Shown here: piece by piece, positions 20,828 through 32,791 of the stretch
Layout: each line of letters opens with the position of its first letter
How positions within the stretch are numbered: position 1 is the first letter of the stretch
Assembly (NCBI GenBank): GCA_963790475.1
Contig: CAWBOS010000001.1
Coordinates: 128,001 to 192,000, forward strand
Source: an uncultured delta proteobacterium
Lineage (GTDB): Bacteria; Desulfobacterota; RBG-13-43-22
Length of the DNA stretch: 64,000 bases
Direction: 5' to 3'
Notes under the pieces: generated by a model
Told to the model about the DNA's origin: nothing
What the model saw: the letters and a program-made list of their open reading frames with translations, nothing else
The model's database searches: none
Position numbers and translations under genes: made by a program

Positions 20828-20900
20828 AGCCGGATGACGTGAGACTGTGTCGCCCGGCTCTGCGAGGGCCTGGGGGTGAGATTCCCCCGGGCTACTCGAC
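20828..20900 (+). mobile_element. Group II intron 3' remnant (domains V-VI)
   Basis: AGCCGGATGACGTGAGACTGTGTCGCCCGGCT (DV-like) followed by GGCCTGGGGGTGAGATTCCCCCGGGCTACTCGAC (DVI and the typical AC end); no RT ORF. Confidence 0.8.
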
Positions 20901-21023
20901 TCATTCTTTTTCTATTTACTTTTCCCATTAAAAGACTACGATATAATCACAAATTAAAAAGTTGGGCAAAGTTGCTCTGCGGTAAAACCTCCTGAGGACC
21001 TAAAACGAACGGACTCTACCGAC

Positions 21024-21764
21024 GTGGAACGGGAGATGTCCATCCATCCTGATGACAAAGAACTGGTGAAATCTCATCTTGAAATAGTCCCCCAAGAAGC
21101 TAAACTCCACAACTTGGAATTCCGGATTATCACCAAGGAAGGTGGACACTGTTGGATATTACATTCTTGCCTCCCGGTCCACAATGATCAAGACCAATAC
21201 ATCGGTCGGTCTGGGACGAACCGGGAAATAACCAAAGGAAAGCAGGCCGAGGAGGCGCTGCAACTGGCACACGATGAACTGGAACAGCGTGTGGCTGCAA
21301 GGACGGAGGAGTTGCGGCAGGCCAATAAGGATCTACAGGCAGAAATCACCGAGCGCAAACGAACCGAAGAGGCACTCCTGGAATCCGAAACCCGTCTTCG
21401 GTGGTTGAACGAACATATTCTGAACATGGTCATGGTCCTGTCTCATGATGTCAGGGGGCCATTGATCTCCATCGTCGCCATCTTGCAACTTTTGTTTCGA
21501 GGCTCCTACGGAAAGCTGGATCAAAATCTGGCCAACACCGTCAAGGACCTTTTGTCCCGTTGCCTCCGCCTGCTGGGGACTGCGGAAGATTACATAGGGA
21601 AAGCCTCCATTGTCGACGGCTCAGTAAAAATGGAACGGGAGGTGCTGGACCTGCGACAGGATATCATCGATACCGTGCTGGACGAACTGGCTGACGATAT
21701 CACTAAGAATGAGATTGTGATCGACAATATGGCCCTACATTTCTTTGCGTATTTCGAATGGTAA
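21024..21764 (+). pseudogene. PAS / histidine kinase fragment (no HATPase domain)
   Basis: Partial PAS_3, ELEQRVAART coiled coil, LSHDVRGPL H-box, then truncated. Confidence 0.75.
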
Positions 21765-22041
21765 TCGTTGTTTCGTGTCACTGTGGGTTTAAATAGTTGG
21801 TGTACCCCACAAAGGAGAGCCAAGGTAAATGTTCTTGTTAACAACCGAACCGCGGAGAATGCCCCGCTGATCACCCAGATGATTGCCGAGAAATTCCTTC
21901 ACCAGGTTCCCCGGTCCCCGATCCGCCCAATGAAAAAAGGTTGAGGAAATCCGAATTAAATAACTTTCATTAGCGCCAACAATTCAATTATCGTCTAATA
22001 CCAACCAGTAATAAGGCTAGCAAGGGAAGCCAAGAAAATAA

Positions 22042-22074
22042 AAAAAAGCCCCCGAGAATAAAGGGGGCTTTTTT
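22042..22074. terminator. Bidirectional rho-independent terminator after groEL
   Basis: AAAAAAGCCCCC-N9-GGGGGCTTTTTT. Confidence 0.85.
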
Positions 22075-22096
22075 GCTTACCATAAAGGTTGACGAT

Positions 22097-23753
<1,657 letters not shown>

Positions 23754-23765
23754 TTACTTCCTCCT

Positions 23766-24122
23766 TTATTCTATTACGCCTAAGATGTCTTCTTCTCGCA
23801 TCATTAAAAATTCTTCGCCTTCAATCTTTATTTCGGTCCCGGAATATTTTCCGAATAAAATTTTGTCCCCCACCTTGACATCCAGTGTCAATTTAGTCCC
23901 ATTTTCCAAGATCTTACCTGGCCCTACGGCAATAACCTTGCCTTCTTGGGGTTTTTCCTTGGCGGTATCCGGGATAATAATTCCTCCTTTGGTCTTTTCT
24001 TCTTCCTCAAGCCTTTGGGGTTTTTCCTTGGCGGTATCCGGGATAATAATTCCTCCTTTGGTCTTTTCTTCTTCCTCAAGCCGCTGTACAATGACCCGAT
24101 CATGTAATGGCCTAATTTTCAT
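23766..24122 (-). CDS. groS: Co-chaperonin GroES with a 23-aa internal tandem duplication
   Basis: [24 protein letters not shown] twice, GKYSGTE. Confidence 0.95.
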   Translation of the reverse strand: MKIRPLHDRVIVQRLEEEEKTKGGIIIPDTAKEKPQRLEEEEKTKGGIIIPDTAKEKPQEGKVIAVGPGKILENGTKLTLDVKVGDKILFGKYSGTEIKIEGEEFLMMREEDILGVIE

Positions 24123-24158
24123 AATGTTCTCTCCTTCTTTAAAGAAATTCTTCGATTT

Positions 24159-24185
24159 TTAGCACTCTATTTAGATGAGTGCTAT
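24159..24185. promoter_or_regulatory. CIRCE operator (HrcA site)
   Basis: TTAGCACTC-N9-GAGTGCTAT directly upstream of groES. Confidence 0.92.
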
Positions 24186-24496
24186 TTTTAATATAAGCAT
24201 AAAATTTTAGAATACAAGTAAAAAATTCAAACCTTTGGAATATCCCCCTTTAGAATATAATTAATCATCTATTGGTATCTTTCTCCATCCCTTCGGGTGC
24301 ACAGGGCATAAGAATGTCCGCTTTGGCCGTATTGAGGCGCACTAAGCCATAACTGCCTTTGGCCGGGACAAACTCTTCTTGGTTAAGGGGTGTGCAGAAG
24401 AAAACTTTACAATTCATCCCGCTTCTTTAAGAAAAAAAACTGATTCTATAACGGGAGTGACGCAGCCTAAGCAGAAGGGTGAGGTCCGGTTTTTCC

Positions 24497-24525
24497 TTGA
24501 CCGATTCTTTGATTTGTCTGATAAT
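24497..24525 (+). promoter_or_regulatory. sigma70-like promoter TTGACC-17-GATAAT
   Basis: Same pyrimidine-rich context as the repeat promoter module; precedes a decayed signal-peptide ORF at ~24558. Confidence 0.5.
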
Positions 24526-24760
24526 TTTGCCAAAAATAATTCAAGGGGGTAAAAATCATGAAAAGAATCCATATTCCGGTCCTAGCCCTCTTACTATTGG
24601 GGGTGGCCTTTTTTCCGATGCGTTGACCTGGTTCTGCGGAAACTATAGGGGAGAGCCTAGACAGCGGGTTAAGCTTACTTTTGAAAAAGTACATGAAGTC
24701 TGGGAATTGGATAAGGAAGAGACCAGCGGCGGCAGTTGCGGTTAAAAGTTTTGAGTGCCC

Positions 24761-24802
24761 GGCTCAAAGCTCACGGCTCATAGCTGATAGCTCATAGCTG
24801 AT
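24761..24802 (+). repeat. Heptamer tandem repeat (RGCTSAH x6)
   Basis: GGCTCAA AGCTCAC GGCTCAT AGCTGAT AGCTCAT AGCTGAT; related units at 25318-25338 and 32620-32640. Confidence 0.8.
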
Positions 24803-24939
24803 AGGAAATAACTTATAGAGACCCTATTGAGGTCGAAAGAAGGGTCTTTCGTTTCCTTCCGGAGACGAAGCCGACCCGGATAAGGAATTCATTGGCTGGT
24901 ATGAGCCTTCTATATTTTAAATGAAATGGAGGTTGAAGC

Positions 24940-25223
24940 ATGAAGGGGAAGGTTAAGCGGAATGCTCCCGAAATTGTTCTAAAAGAAGGTAAACCCTCAG
25001 CCGTAATTCTTGACATTGATGAATATCGAGAAATGTTGGAACGTCTAGAGGATCTCGAAGACTTAAACATGCTCAAGGAAATAAGAAAGACAGAAAAATA
25101 ACAGGTTCAAGTAACGATTGGCGTATAAGAATTGGCGACTATCGTATCATTTACGAGATCGACGATAAATTAAAGACAGCGAGGATTATGAAAGTCCATC
25201 GCCGGGATGTTTATCAAAGATAA
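24940..25223 (+). pseudogene. Collapsed type II toxin-antitoxin locus: Phd/YefM-like antitoxin 5' part plus RelE-like toxin 3' part
   Basis: 24940-25101 EGKPSAVILDIDEYREMLERLEDLED; ~25092-25223 WRIRIGDYRIIYEIDD...HRRDVY with no start codon. Confidence 0.8.
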
Positions 25224-25278
25224 TAAATAGCGTTCCGTTCTTTGAAGAGGCCGATTGTTACAATCTTAGGAGGATCGA

Positions 25279-25392
25279 GGGTCAGGTTCAGAATCTTGCC
25301 CATGCCTTGCAAATTCTAGCTGAAATCTCAAAGCTAATGGAGAAGGGGTCAAGGCCAGGTGTGACTTTTATCATGGGGTCACGGGGTCACCC
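25279..25392 (+). repeat. Cluster of GGGGTC junction motifs
   Basis: 21-mer shared with 4756; GGGGTC at 25345, 25375 and 25383; 5' module shared with 9238 and 26278. Confidence 0.8.
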
Positions 25393-25443
25393 TGATCCTA
25401 CCCCAGTCTAACGCACAGTCACGAATTAGCGGGATTGTAAAAC

Positions 25444-26268
25444 ATGAAAATATTCATCGTTGCGGACATCGAAGGCGCCGTCGGAGTCAGTAAGCGGAGC
25501 CAGTGCTATTTCATGAAGCCGGATTTTCAATACGGCAGGCGATGCCTGACCGACGATGTGAACGCCGTCGTGAAGGGCGCGATCGAAGCCGGGGCGGACC
25601 GCATCGTTGTACGGGACACACATGAGACAGGGCAGAATATCATCAGGGAGAACCTACATCCCGGAGTCGAATACATCGGTGGGCAGCTGGCTCAGCCGTT
25701 CCCGATCCTTGGCGACCCCAGCGGCGCGGATCTGGTTTTTCTCGTGGCCTCCCACGCGCGTTCAGGCAGTTCCGGCGGTTTTTTCGCGCATACTTTTTTC
25801 GGTGGTTTCAGCGAGGTGCGGATAAACGGGAATCCCGTTGGCGAGGCTTTCATTTATGCCGCCACCCTTTCCGAGTGGGGCATCCCGATAGCTTTCAACT
25901 CCGGAGACAGGCAGGCGATCCGTGAGTCCTTGTCAATAGTGCCGTGGCTCAAAACCGTGGAGGTGCCGAAGGAGGAGGAGTATTATTCCGTTCAAGAAGC
26001 GGAGGAAAGAATCTCGGGACTGCGGGAGCAGCTCCGCGCCGGCGCCTTCGAAGCGGTGAAGGGTATCGGAGAAATGAAGTGCCTGGAATTACAACCGGAT
26101 TCATTTTGGGAAGTGGATATTAAAAAGACTGATTTAGCAGAGAAAATAAATGTGGCGGGGGCATCACTGGCCGGCGGGACCCTGAGCTGGTCTGCCCGAA
26201 CATATCTGGAGGGATTCGATACGTTTTTCAAGCTGGTTGAGGCGGCCTTCCTGGCCTACAGTTCATAG
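25444..26268 (+). CDS. M55 family metallopeptidase (DppA-like D-aminopeptidase)
   Basis: MKIFIVADIEG, DTH, HARSG, AHT, GE, SGD motifs. Confidence 0.9.
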   Translation: MKIFIVADIEGAVGVSKRSQCYFMKPDFQYGRRCLTDDVNAVVKGAIEAGADRIVVRDTHETGQNIIRENLHPGVEYIGGQLAQPFPILGDPSGADLVFLVASHARSGSSGGFFAHTFFGGFSEVRINGNPVGEAFIYAATLSEWGIPIAFNSGDRQAIRESLSIVPWLKTVEVPKEEEYYSVQEAEERISGLREQLRAGAFEAVKGIGEMKCLELQPDSFWEVDIKKTDLAEKINVAGASLAGGTLSWSARTYLEGFDTFFKLVEAAFLAYSS

Positions 26269-26277
26269 ATTGAATCT

Positions 26278-26520
26278 TGGGAGAAGGGTCAAGTCTATGG
26301 TTGACTTTTCTTACCGGGTCTCATGGACAAATCTTAAGCCATGGCAATTTGAATCATTTAATCCGGGGCGTTGTTGAATCGGCATATTGCGAACCCTGTG
26401 GACCAGCAAAGTCTCGAACCGTCAGGCCACATGACCGACGGGCTAAAGCAGGCCTTTCGATTCCTGCCTAAATGGAGAAAGGATCACCATCTTCTCCATT
26501 TCCTTCCGCACTATTTTTCT
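26278..26520 (+). repeat. Repeat family A copy 4 (has the fullest 5' module; promoter degenerate)
   Basis: GAGAAGGGTCAAG..TTGACTTTT..GGGTCTCATGGACAAATCTTAAGCCATGGCAATTTG... ; begins 10 nt after the M55 stop. Confidence 0.9.
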
Positions 26521-26613
26521 TCGTGGCCCTCCCTTTTTTTAATAAGCTTACTGTCAATAAGTAATTTTTTATTAAACTGAGTGCCACGACTCAGGGGGTT
26601 GTGTTAAATCTCC

Positions 26614-26642
26614 TTGACAGGCAAAACTATTTTTCATATCGT
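26614..26642 (+). promoter_or_regulatory. sigma70 promoter TTGACA-17-TATCGT
   Basis: Consensus -35 with 17-bp spacing, upstream of the 26704 ORF. Confidence 0.55.
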
Positions 26643-26703
26643 CAAATCACGTAAAAAGGAACTTCTTCTCAACTTTATTGGCTTTTTGCCGGGAGGTATT
26701 TAG

Positions 26704-27750
26704 ATGCGCGGATGGATTTTATTGGGCAGACAAGCTTTGGTTGGGGCTTTGGTTGCGGTGTTCGGATTGGCTTCAATGGATGTGCAGGGTCAGGAGTTGG
26801 TGGCCGACTTCAAAGCGGGACCGCCAACCGGGGTGTATGCCTTCGCGAGCAGCACGCCCAAGCTACTTCCGGATCTGGTCAAGCCCGGTGCAAGTGGCGG
26901 AGCGGTGAACATCGTCGGCCATCTATTCCTGCCACAGGGCAGCGGTAAGGTGCCTGTGGTGTTGCTGATGCATGGCTCGGGTGGCATTTACAATGCGATG
27001 CTCGGTTACTGGCCGAAGCTGCTCAATGCGCAGGGTATAGCGGTCTTTTCACTGGATCGTTTCGGACCGTGGGGCGTGAAAAGCACAACGGACGACCAGT
27101 CGCAGGTACCGTTCGCAGCGGATGTGGCCGACGCCTTTGCCGCCTTGCGTCTGCTTGCCTCCCATCCGCGCATCGACGCCCAGCGCATTGCAATCATGGG
27201 ATTCTCGCGCGGCGGCATTGCGTCCTGGCGCACGGCGGTAGAGCGCATCATTGCCGCACAGCAGTTGCCGGATGGGCTACGCTTCGCGGCGCATATCCAG
27301 TTGTATTCGGCGGGTTGCTCCGGCATTTTCCGGCTGATCGTCAAACCGGGGATTTTTTCCAAGGCCCCCGAACTGTGGATTCATGGCGATGCGGACGACT
27401 ATACACCCATCGGCGCCTGTCGAGACTATTCAAAGCGCATCAGTGAAGCGGGTACCCCGGTCGAATTCATGAGCTTGCCGGGCGTATATCATAAGTTCGA
27501 TGACGACGATCAGCGCCGCATTACCGTGCGGTCCGCACCGCACACCATGGATAATTGCCCGCTGGAGATGGATATCGATACGCTGGCGACCTATGACCAC
27601 AACACCGGCCAGCGATTGTCAGGAATTTCTTACCTGCAGGCCGTCAAAAGCTGCAGCACGCTTGGCGCTACCGTGCAGGGCAACAGTTCTGCGCGGGATA
27701 AGGCGGGGCAGGCGACCGTGGCCTTTCTACGTAAAGTGTTCGGACTCTAA
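26704..27750 (+). CDS. Secreted dienelactone hydrolase-family alpha/beta hydrolase
   Basis: Signal peptide, HGSGG, GFSRGG nucleophile elbow, HGDADDY, YHKFD. Confidence 0.88.
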   Translation: MRGWILLGRQALVGALVAVFGLASMDVQGQELVADFKAGPPTGVYAFASSTPKLLPDLVKPGASGGAVNIVGHLFLPQGSGKVPVVLLMHGSGGIYNAMLGYWPKLLNAQGIAVFSLDRFGPWGVKSTTDDQSQVPFAADVADAFAALRLLASHPRIDAQRIAIMGFSRGGIASWRTAVERIIAAQQLPDGLRFAAHIQLYSAGCSGIFRLIVKPGIFSKAPELWIHGDADDYTPIGACRDYSKRISEAGTPVEFMSLPGVYHKFDDDDQRRITVRSAPHTMDNCPLEMDIDTLATYDHNTGQRLSGISYLQAVKSCSTLGATVQGNSSARDKAGQATVAFLRKVFGL

Positions 27751-27856
27751 CGGCTTCGTGGTGAATCGAGAGGGTTGTAAAATTTCTCATAAGCCAAAAG
27801 GGCGCATTTATTTGGGATCAGGGGTCGGACCACCTGAACTGAAAATTTCATCATTA

Positions 27857-27905
27857 TTTCTCCTTGCTCCGGTCCTTTTCTTGACTTATACTCTTCCCAT
27901 CAAAA
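27857..27905 (+). promoter_or_regulatory. Solo promoter module TTGCTC(27864)-17-TATACT(27887)
   Basis: Near-identical to the 3' end of B1, B2 and A6; GGGGTC at 27821. Confidence 0.8.
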
Positions 27906-27970
27906 ATGAAATTCCGGCCAAAAGATTCTTATTTATCACTCCTTGACGGATTCTTCCAGGGAGGTCAACC

Positions 27971-28437
27971 ATGACCAGTAGCGCCTAAAGAACTCAATCG
28001 CAGGAAATTGGTGGTTTATACGCACCCCAATATTCCTCCGGGTAGTGACGTGCCGAAGCTCGGCTGGCCGGCGCCTCTGGTAGAGTTTGTTTTTGATACA
28101 ACCAGAGCGGTGACCAACCTGGTTTTGAATGGTACTGGCCGAAACTTCCCCGCTGTTGAGAGAGATTGCTCCAAAAGGAGTCATTGCCTATCTCAAGGGA
28201 TTCTATTATGACACCGCTCTCTCGGTGACACCCTATGCGCTTCCGTGTCTTCGGACCCTGGCTGACTCCTCACACATCGTGTTTGGCAGCGATTATCCTT
28301 TTACCCCGGAGCCGGAGTTGTCGATGGGAAAGACGGCGGAAAACCTTCATCGGTATGGGTGCTTTGACAAAGAAGAGCTCATGGCGGTGGAGAGAACCAA
28401 TGCCTTAAAACTTTTTTCCCGGCTCCGCGAGAATTAG
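27971..28437 (+). pseudogene. Amidohydrolase (ACMSD-like decarboxylase) remnant with internal deletions
   Basis: GGAGG+ATG, then VVYTHP...FDTTRAVTNL and, in another frame, FYYDTA...FGSDYPF. Confidence 0.8.
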
Positions 28438-28517
28438 GGTCTGCTGCCGATTAGCCGAATGGGGCCCGGACCAGGGGAAGTAAACTTCACCAAGGTTTAA
28501 ATAATAGGAAGGAAACC

Positions 28518-30311
28518 ATGAAAAGGAAAAAGGCCATACGTATCGGGGGCGCCTCGGCGTTTTTGGGGGATTCCTCCATAGCGGTGCCCCAGCTCATCCA
28601 AGGTGGACAGGTTGATTATATTATCATGGATTATTTGGCCGAAGTGACCATGTCCTATCTGGCCCGGTCGAAGGCCAAACGCTCCCACATGGGCTACGCC
28701 CCTTATTTCGTGGAGGTCACCATGTCCCAAAATATCCGGGAGATCGCCGGAAGGGGAATTAAAATCGTGACTAATGCCGGAGGTATAAATCCCCAGGCCT
28801 GTCGCGACGCCGTTTTGAAGATAGCCGATCATCAGGGGGTCAAGGTCAACATTGCGGTGGTCGAAGGGGACGATCTGATGCCCCGCCACGCGGAACTGGC
28901 GGCCCGTAATATCACCGAAATGAACACCGGGGAACCCTGGCCGGAAAAGATGATGAATATGAACGCCTACCTGGGCGCCCAACCGATCAAAGAAGCCCTG
29001 GATATGGGTGCCGATATCGTGATTACCGGCCGGGTGGTGGACAGCGCCCTGACCCTGGGACCTCTGATGCATGAATTCGGGTGGCCTGAGACCGACTATG
29101 ATCTGCTGGCCGCCGGAAGCCTGGCCGGGCACATCATTGAATGCGGGGCCCAGGCTTCCGGCGGGTTATTCACCGATTGGCAGGAAGTTCCCGACTGGGC
29201 CAATATCGGATACCCGGTAATCGAATGTTACCAAGACGGCCGTTTCGTGGTAACCAAACCGGTTGATACCGGGGGGCTGGTGGTCCCCGCCGCCGTCTCG
29301 GAACAAATGCTTTACGAGATCGGCGATCCCCAGATCTACCTTTTACCGGATGTGACCGGCGATTTTTCGCAAGTCCGGATGAACCAGATAGGGGAAAACC
29401 AGGTGGAAGTCTCCGGGGCCGTCGGCCGGCCTCCGACATCGACCTATAAGGTGTATGGGGCCTTTCATGACGGCTACCGCTGCATTGCCGTATTGCCGGT
29501 GATCGGCATGCAGGCCGTTCAAAAGGCCGAACGTCAGGCCAGGGCCCTTATTGAAAGGACCGAAGCCATTTTCCAAAAACAGAGTTTCGGTAAATACCGG
29601 GCCACGCTGATCGAATGCCTGGGGGCCGAATCCGCCTATGGTCCGCATGCCCGGACCAGAGATACCCGGGAAACCGCCTGTAAAATTTCTTTGGAACATG
29701 ACCTCCGGGAGCCTCTGGAAATCTTTGCCAACGAGGTCTTCGCCCCCACCACATCCATGGCGCCGGGCACCACCGGCTGGTTTGCCGGTAAACCAGCCGT
29801 ATCCCCGGTGATCAAGCTCTTTTCCTTTCTAATTCCCAAAGGGGAAGTCCCTTTTCAGGTCACGGTGGGGGAACAGAAACGGTCTTTCAGGCCGGAACCA
29901 GGGAACACCTTTGATCCGGGCTCGATTGTCCGACCCCGGGTGGAAGACGCCGGACAGGCTCCGGGGGATCTCCTTACCGTTCCTCTGATTCGACTGGCCT
30001 GGGGACGCAGCGGCGATAAGGGGAATTCATGCAATATCGGCATCATCGCCCGGAAGCCGGAATTTCTGCCTTTCATTCGTAAGGCGCTCACCCCCTCGGC
30101 CGTTCATCAATTTATGAACCATGTGTTCGACGGGGCCAAAAATCCGAGAGTGGAGCGATTTGATCTGCCGGGCGTCCGGGCCTTGAACTTCGTACTGCAT
30201 GAATCTCTGGGGGGCGGGCAAGCGGCCTCGTTGCGCCTCGATCCGCTGGCCAAGGGAATGGCCCAGCAACTTCTGGAATTCCCGATCCCCATTCCGGCTT
30301 CGCTGCTTTAA
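28518..30311 (+). CDS. atuA: Acyclic terpene utilization AtuA family (DUF1446)
   Basis: DYLAEVTM, NAGGINP, TGRVVDSA, GHIIECGAQASGG, GRSGDKGN, DPLAKG. Confidence 0.92.
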   Translation: MKRKKAIRIGGASAFLGDSSIAVPQLIQGGQVDYIIMDYLAEVTMSYLARSKAKRSHMGYAPYFVEVTMSQNIREIAGRGIKIVTNAGGINPQACRDAVLKIADHQGVKVNIAVVEGDDLMPRHAELAARNITEMNTGEPWPEKMMNMNAYLGAQPIKEALDMGADIVITGRVVDSALTLGPLMHEFGWPETDYDLLAAGSLAGHIIECGAQASGGLFTDWQEVPDWANIGYPVIECYQDGRFVVTKPVDTGGLVVPAAVSEQMLYEIGDPQIYLLPDVTGDFSQVRMNQIGENQVEVSGAVGRPPTSTYKVYGAFHDGYRCIAVLPVIGMQAVQKAERQARALIERTEAIFQKQSFGKYRATLIECLGAESAYGPHARTRDTRETACKISLEHDLREPLEIFANEVFAPTTSMAPGTTGWFAGKPAVSPVIKLFSFLIPKGEVPFQVTVGEQKRSFRPEPGNTFDPGSIVRPRVEDAGQAPGDLLTVPLIRLAWGRSGDKGNSCNIGIIARKPEFLPFIRKALTPSAVHQFMNHVFDGAKNPRVERFDLPGVRALNFVLHESLGGGQAASLRLDPLAKGMAQQLLEFPIPIPASLL

Positions 30312-30396
30312 GGACCGATTTTTCCCCGGCCGGGGTTATAGTTTTCAATGATAGTCTATTAGAACCCAAGGTGAATTTCCAGGGACGGATGCCCGG

Positions 30397-30720
30397 TCAG
30401 TCCCAATACCCAACTTGTTTGAAGCGGAGGGTCATATTCCCGCATTGGGGACAAAGATAGTTGGTATCCGGTAGAACGAAAACTCCCTTGGGGTAGGCGT
30501 TCCAGGAGAAGACCTTTTTAGCGTCCTTCGAGCTCTTGCCGGAATTTGGCATTTTCTCCTGGAGTGAAGGATCATTGTAGAAGACGACTTTTCCGCTGCA
30601 GGCTTTACACTGGGGATCATTTTCCAGCCAGTTGAGAATTTCCATGTCGCCACCCTGGTAAGCCAGATCGTAGTCGGCGTACTCGACCTCACCACGCCCA
30701 TGAATTTCATCACCACCCAC
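30397..30720 (-). CDS. Hypothetical zinc-ribbon protein, probably a 5'-truncated fragment
   Basis: CKAC and CPQC...GYWD; overlaps the cyclase remnant head-to-head. Confidence 0.45.
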   Translation of the reverse strand: MGGDEIHGRGEVEYADYDLAYQGGDMEILNWLENDPQCKACSGKVVFYNDPSLQEKMPNSGKSSKDAKKVFSWNAYPKGVFVLPDTNYLCPQCGNMTLRFKQVGYWD

Positions 30721-31945
30721 TTTTTAACGCTGGCGCAAGGAGGTAAGCCGGTATTCACTCTTTTCGGACTCCAGCGTTCATCACCGGTGATGGTGATGGT
30801 CCTGGCTCCTCTCGTGGTTATCATTTCCATCATACTCCGACCCATATCAAAATGTATCCGTATGTGGGGGCAAGGACAAGAACCCTCCCTTCAACTTCTA
30901 AGCAGGGCCCGCCAACGTCTCCTGAATGTGCCCTTTCTTATCATTCCTACCCATCTGCTTTTGTGGATTACCCTGCCCGGATTCTTCTTCGGATATGGCA
31001 CCCTCACCGAAAACATAGATGCTCACTCAGCCCTGGTGCTCTGGATAAGAACCGCCATGGTCGGCTTCATCGCCACTGCCTTCGCTTTCTTTTCCACCGA
31101 ATCCCAGGCGCGAAAGTTGCTCATCCCCTATTTTTTCCGCAAGGCCGGCTCGTTGAAATCAAGGGAGCTGCCCGATTGCTCATTAGCAGGAGAATCCGGG
31201 CCGTGTATCGCCTCTCAGGGGGGTGCGGGTGGTCAGCAATGACGAAATCGGGGCACTGGGGGATTCCACAAATACTATGATCGAGGGGCTGGCCGAAAGG
31301 GAAGTAATACGTTCGATGTTCGGCAGGTATGTGTCGCCCGAAATCCGGGACGAAATTCTGAGCGGGCGCATCCCGCTCGAAGGAGAATTGAGGGAAGCCA
31401 CGGTGCTGTTCGCGGATCTGAGGGATTTCACTCCCTTGGTCGAGTCGATGCCGCCGAAGGAGGCGGTGAAGATAATCAACGGGTATTTCCAGGCCATGGA
31501 CGAGGCCATACGTCAACACAATGGACTAATTCTGCAATACATCGGGGATGCGATCCTGGCGGTTTTCGGAGTACCCCTCCCGCGCGCGGATCACCCCGCC
31601 TCAGCGTCACGCGCGGCCCTGGCAATGTGCAGGGAACTCGAAAAATTCAACGCTATGATCGCCCTGGAGGGAAGAAAACCTATCCGTCACGGGATGGGTG
31701 TGAACACCGGCATGGTACTGGCCGCCAATATCGGAAGCCACGATCGGGTGACTTATTCCCTAATCGGGGATGCGGTGAACGTCGCCTCCCGAATTCAGGA
31801 TCTCACCAAAGATTTTGACTACGACATTATTCTGAGCGAGACCACCCGGCAAAGTCTGGGCCAAGAATTCATCCTCAAGAAATTGCCGCCAGCAAGAGTG
31901 AAAGGCAAACAGAACCCGTTAAACCTCTACGCCTTACTTGGCTAA
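30700..31945 (+). pseudogene. Membrane HAMP / class III adenylate-guanylate cyclase, frameshifted and internally deleted
   Basis: TM region changes frame at ~31135; HAMP SNDEIGALG; LFADLRDFT, YIGDA, GDAVNVASR. Confidence 0.82.
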
Positions 31946-32261
31946 GCTTGCATATTTCAAACAGTCATCGCTAACTTTCCGGTCTATCTTCTTATTACAT
32001 TTTTGGGGGTTAGCGATAATCTTGGCTGCCAGGTGCAAATTTTAGGACTGGAAATTAATAGCCCCCGTTTATTAATAAAAAATCAGTTGGGATTTTTTTT
32101 GGTTTGGAAGATAATCTAAATTTAAGATAAATGAGTTGTTATTAGAAAAAAATGATCGGGGTCGGGTTTCCGTTGAACATATTATGCCCTGTGCTTTGAC
32201 GGAAATTGATATTGGTGAGCTTACCAAGGAGGATTGAAAGCTCAATCTGCTCAGGATTCTC

Positions 32262-32531
32262 GTGGATAAAGGCGCTGAGGTCAATGTGGCGAACCAGGAG
32301 GGGATTACAGCTCTTCACCTTTCGTCAGGTAATGGTGCGATCGAATGTGTTCAGTTCCTGATAAATCGCGGAGCCGATGTAACACTCCAAGCGAAAAACG
32401 GAATGACGGCCATGGACATGGCCTTGAAGAATGGTCATGAAGAGACAGCCGAGATATTGAGGGAGGCGATGAAGAAGCAGGAAAGTTGGAAAGCGGGGTC
32501 GGACCAGGCGACCGATTCCGTCCATCCGTAA
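32262..32531 (+). pseudogene. Ankyrin-repeat fragment
   Basis: GAEVN..GITALHL, GADV..GMTAMDMA; ends in a GGGGTC junction (32495). Confidence 0.75.
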
Positions 32532-32594
32532 AAGAGCGGCGGTTTAATTTTACCGTTCAAATGAAAAACCCACTGACGAAGAAGGACGAGGGTC

Positions 32595-32708
32595 GGTCAG
32601 GTCTTGAATTGCATCACATAGCTCAAAGGTCAAAGCTGATAGGACATAGGTAAGAGCTTAAGCCGATTAAGGAGAAAAGTGATGACTTCATAATTTAAGA
32701 TGTGACCC
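32595..32708. mobile_element. Small inverted-repeat-bounded non-coding element
   Basis: GGTCAGGTCTTGAATT (32595-32610) versus AATTTAAGATGTGACC (32692-32707), 13/16 inverted match; encloses heptamer repeats. Confidence 0.5.
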
Positions 32709-32791
32709 TCGTGTTTTTCATCGTCCCTATCCCTAAGGCTTGACCGCCGATTGATGTTCGAGGTAAGATAAACAAAGCCTTAGGAGTCCTT

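Noticed and set aside
20962-21022. Possible c-di-GMP-I riboswitch (GGGCAAA...CTAAA...TACCGA)
   Set aside because: Lacks the GNRA-loop stem and the GACGCAAAGC core; too degenerate to call
24558-24745. Signal-peptide ORF MKRIHIPVLALLLLGVAFFPMR followed by TGA as a selenoprotein
   Set aside because: No redox motif, no recognisable domain after the TGA and no clear hairpin; likely a decayed gene
26277-26580. ORFs inside the repeats (26277-26471, 26371-26580, 48110-48307, 16272-16457, 5' extension 9456-9554)
   Set aside because: Repeat copies differ by frame-breaking indels and stops, so conservation is at the DNA level rather than the protein level
25407-27780. CTAAC motifs (4782, ~25409, ~27747) as integron attC sites
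   Set aside because: No convincing paired GTTRRRY with L-box symmetry and no intI in the window
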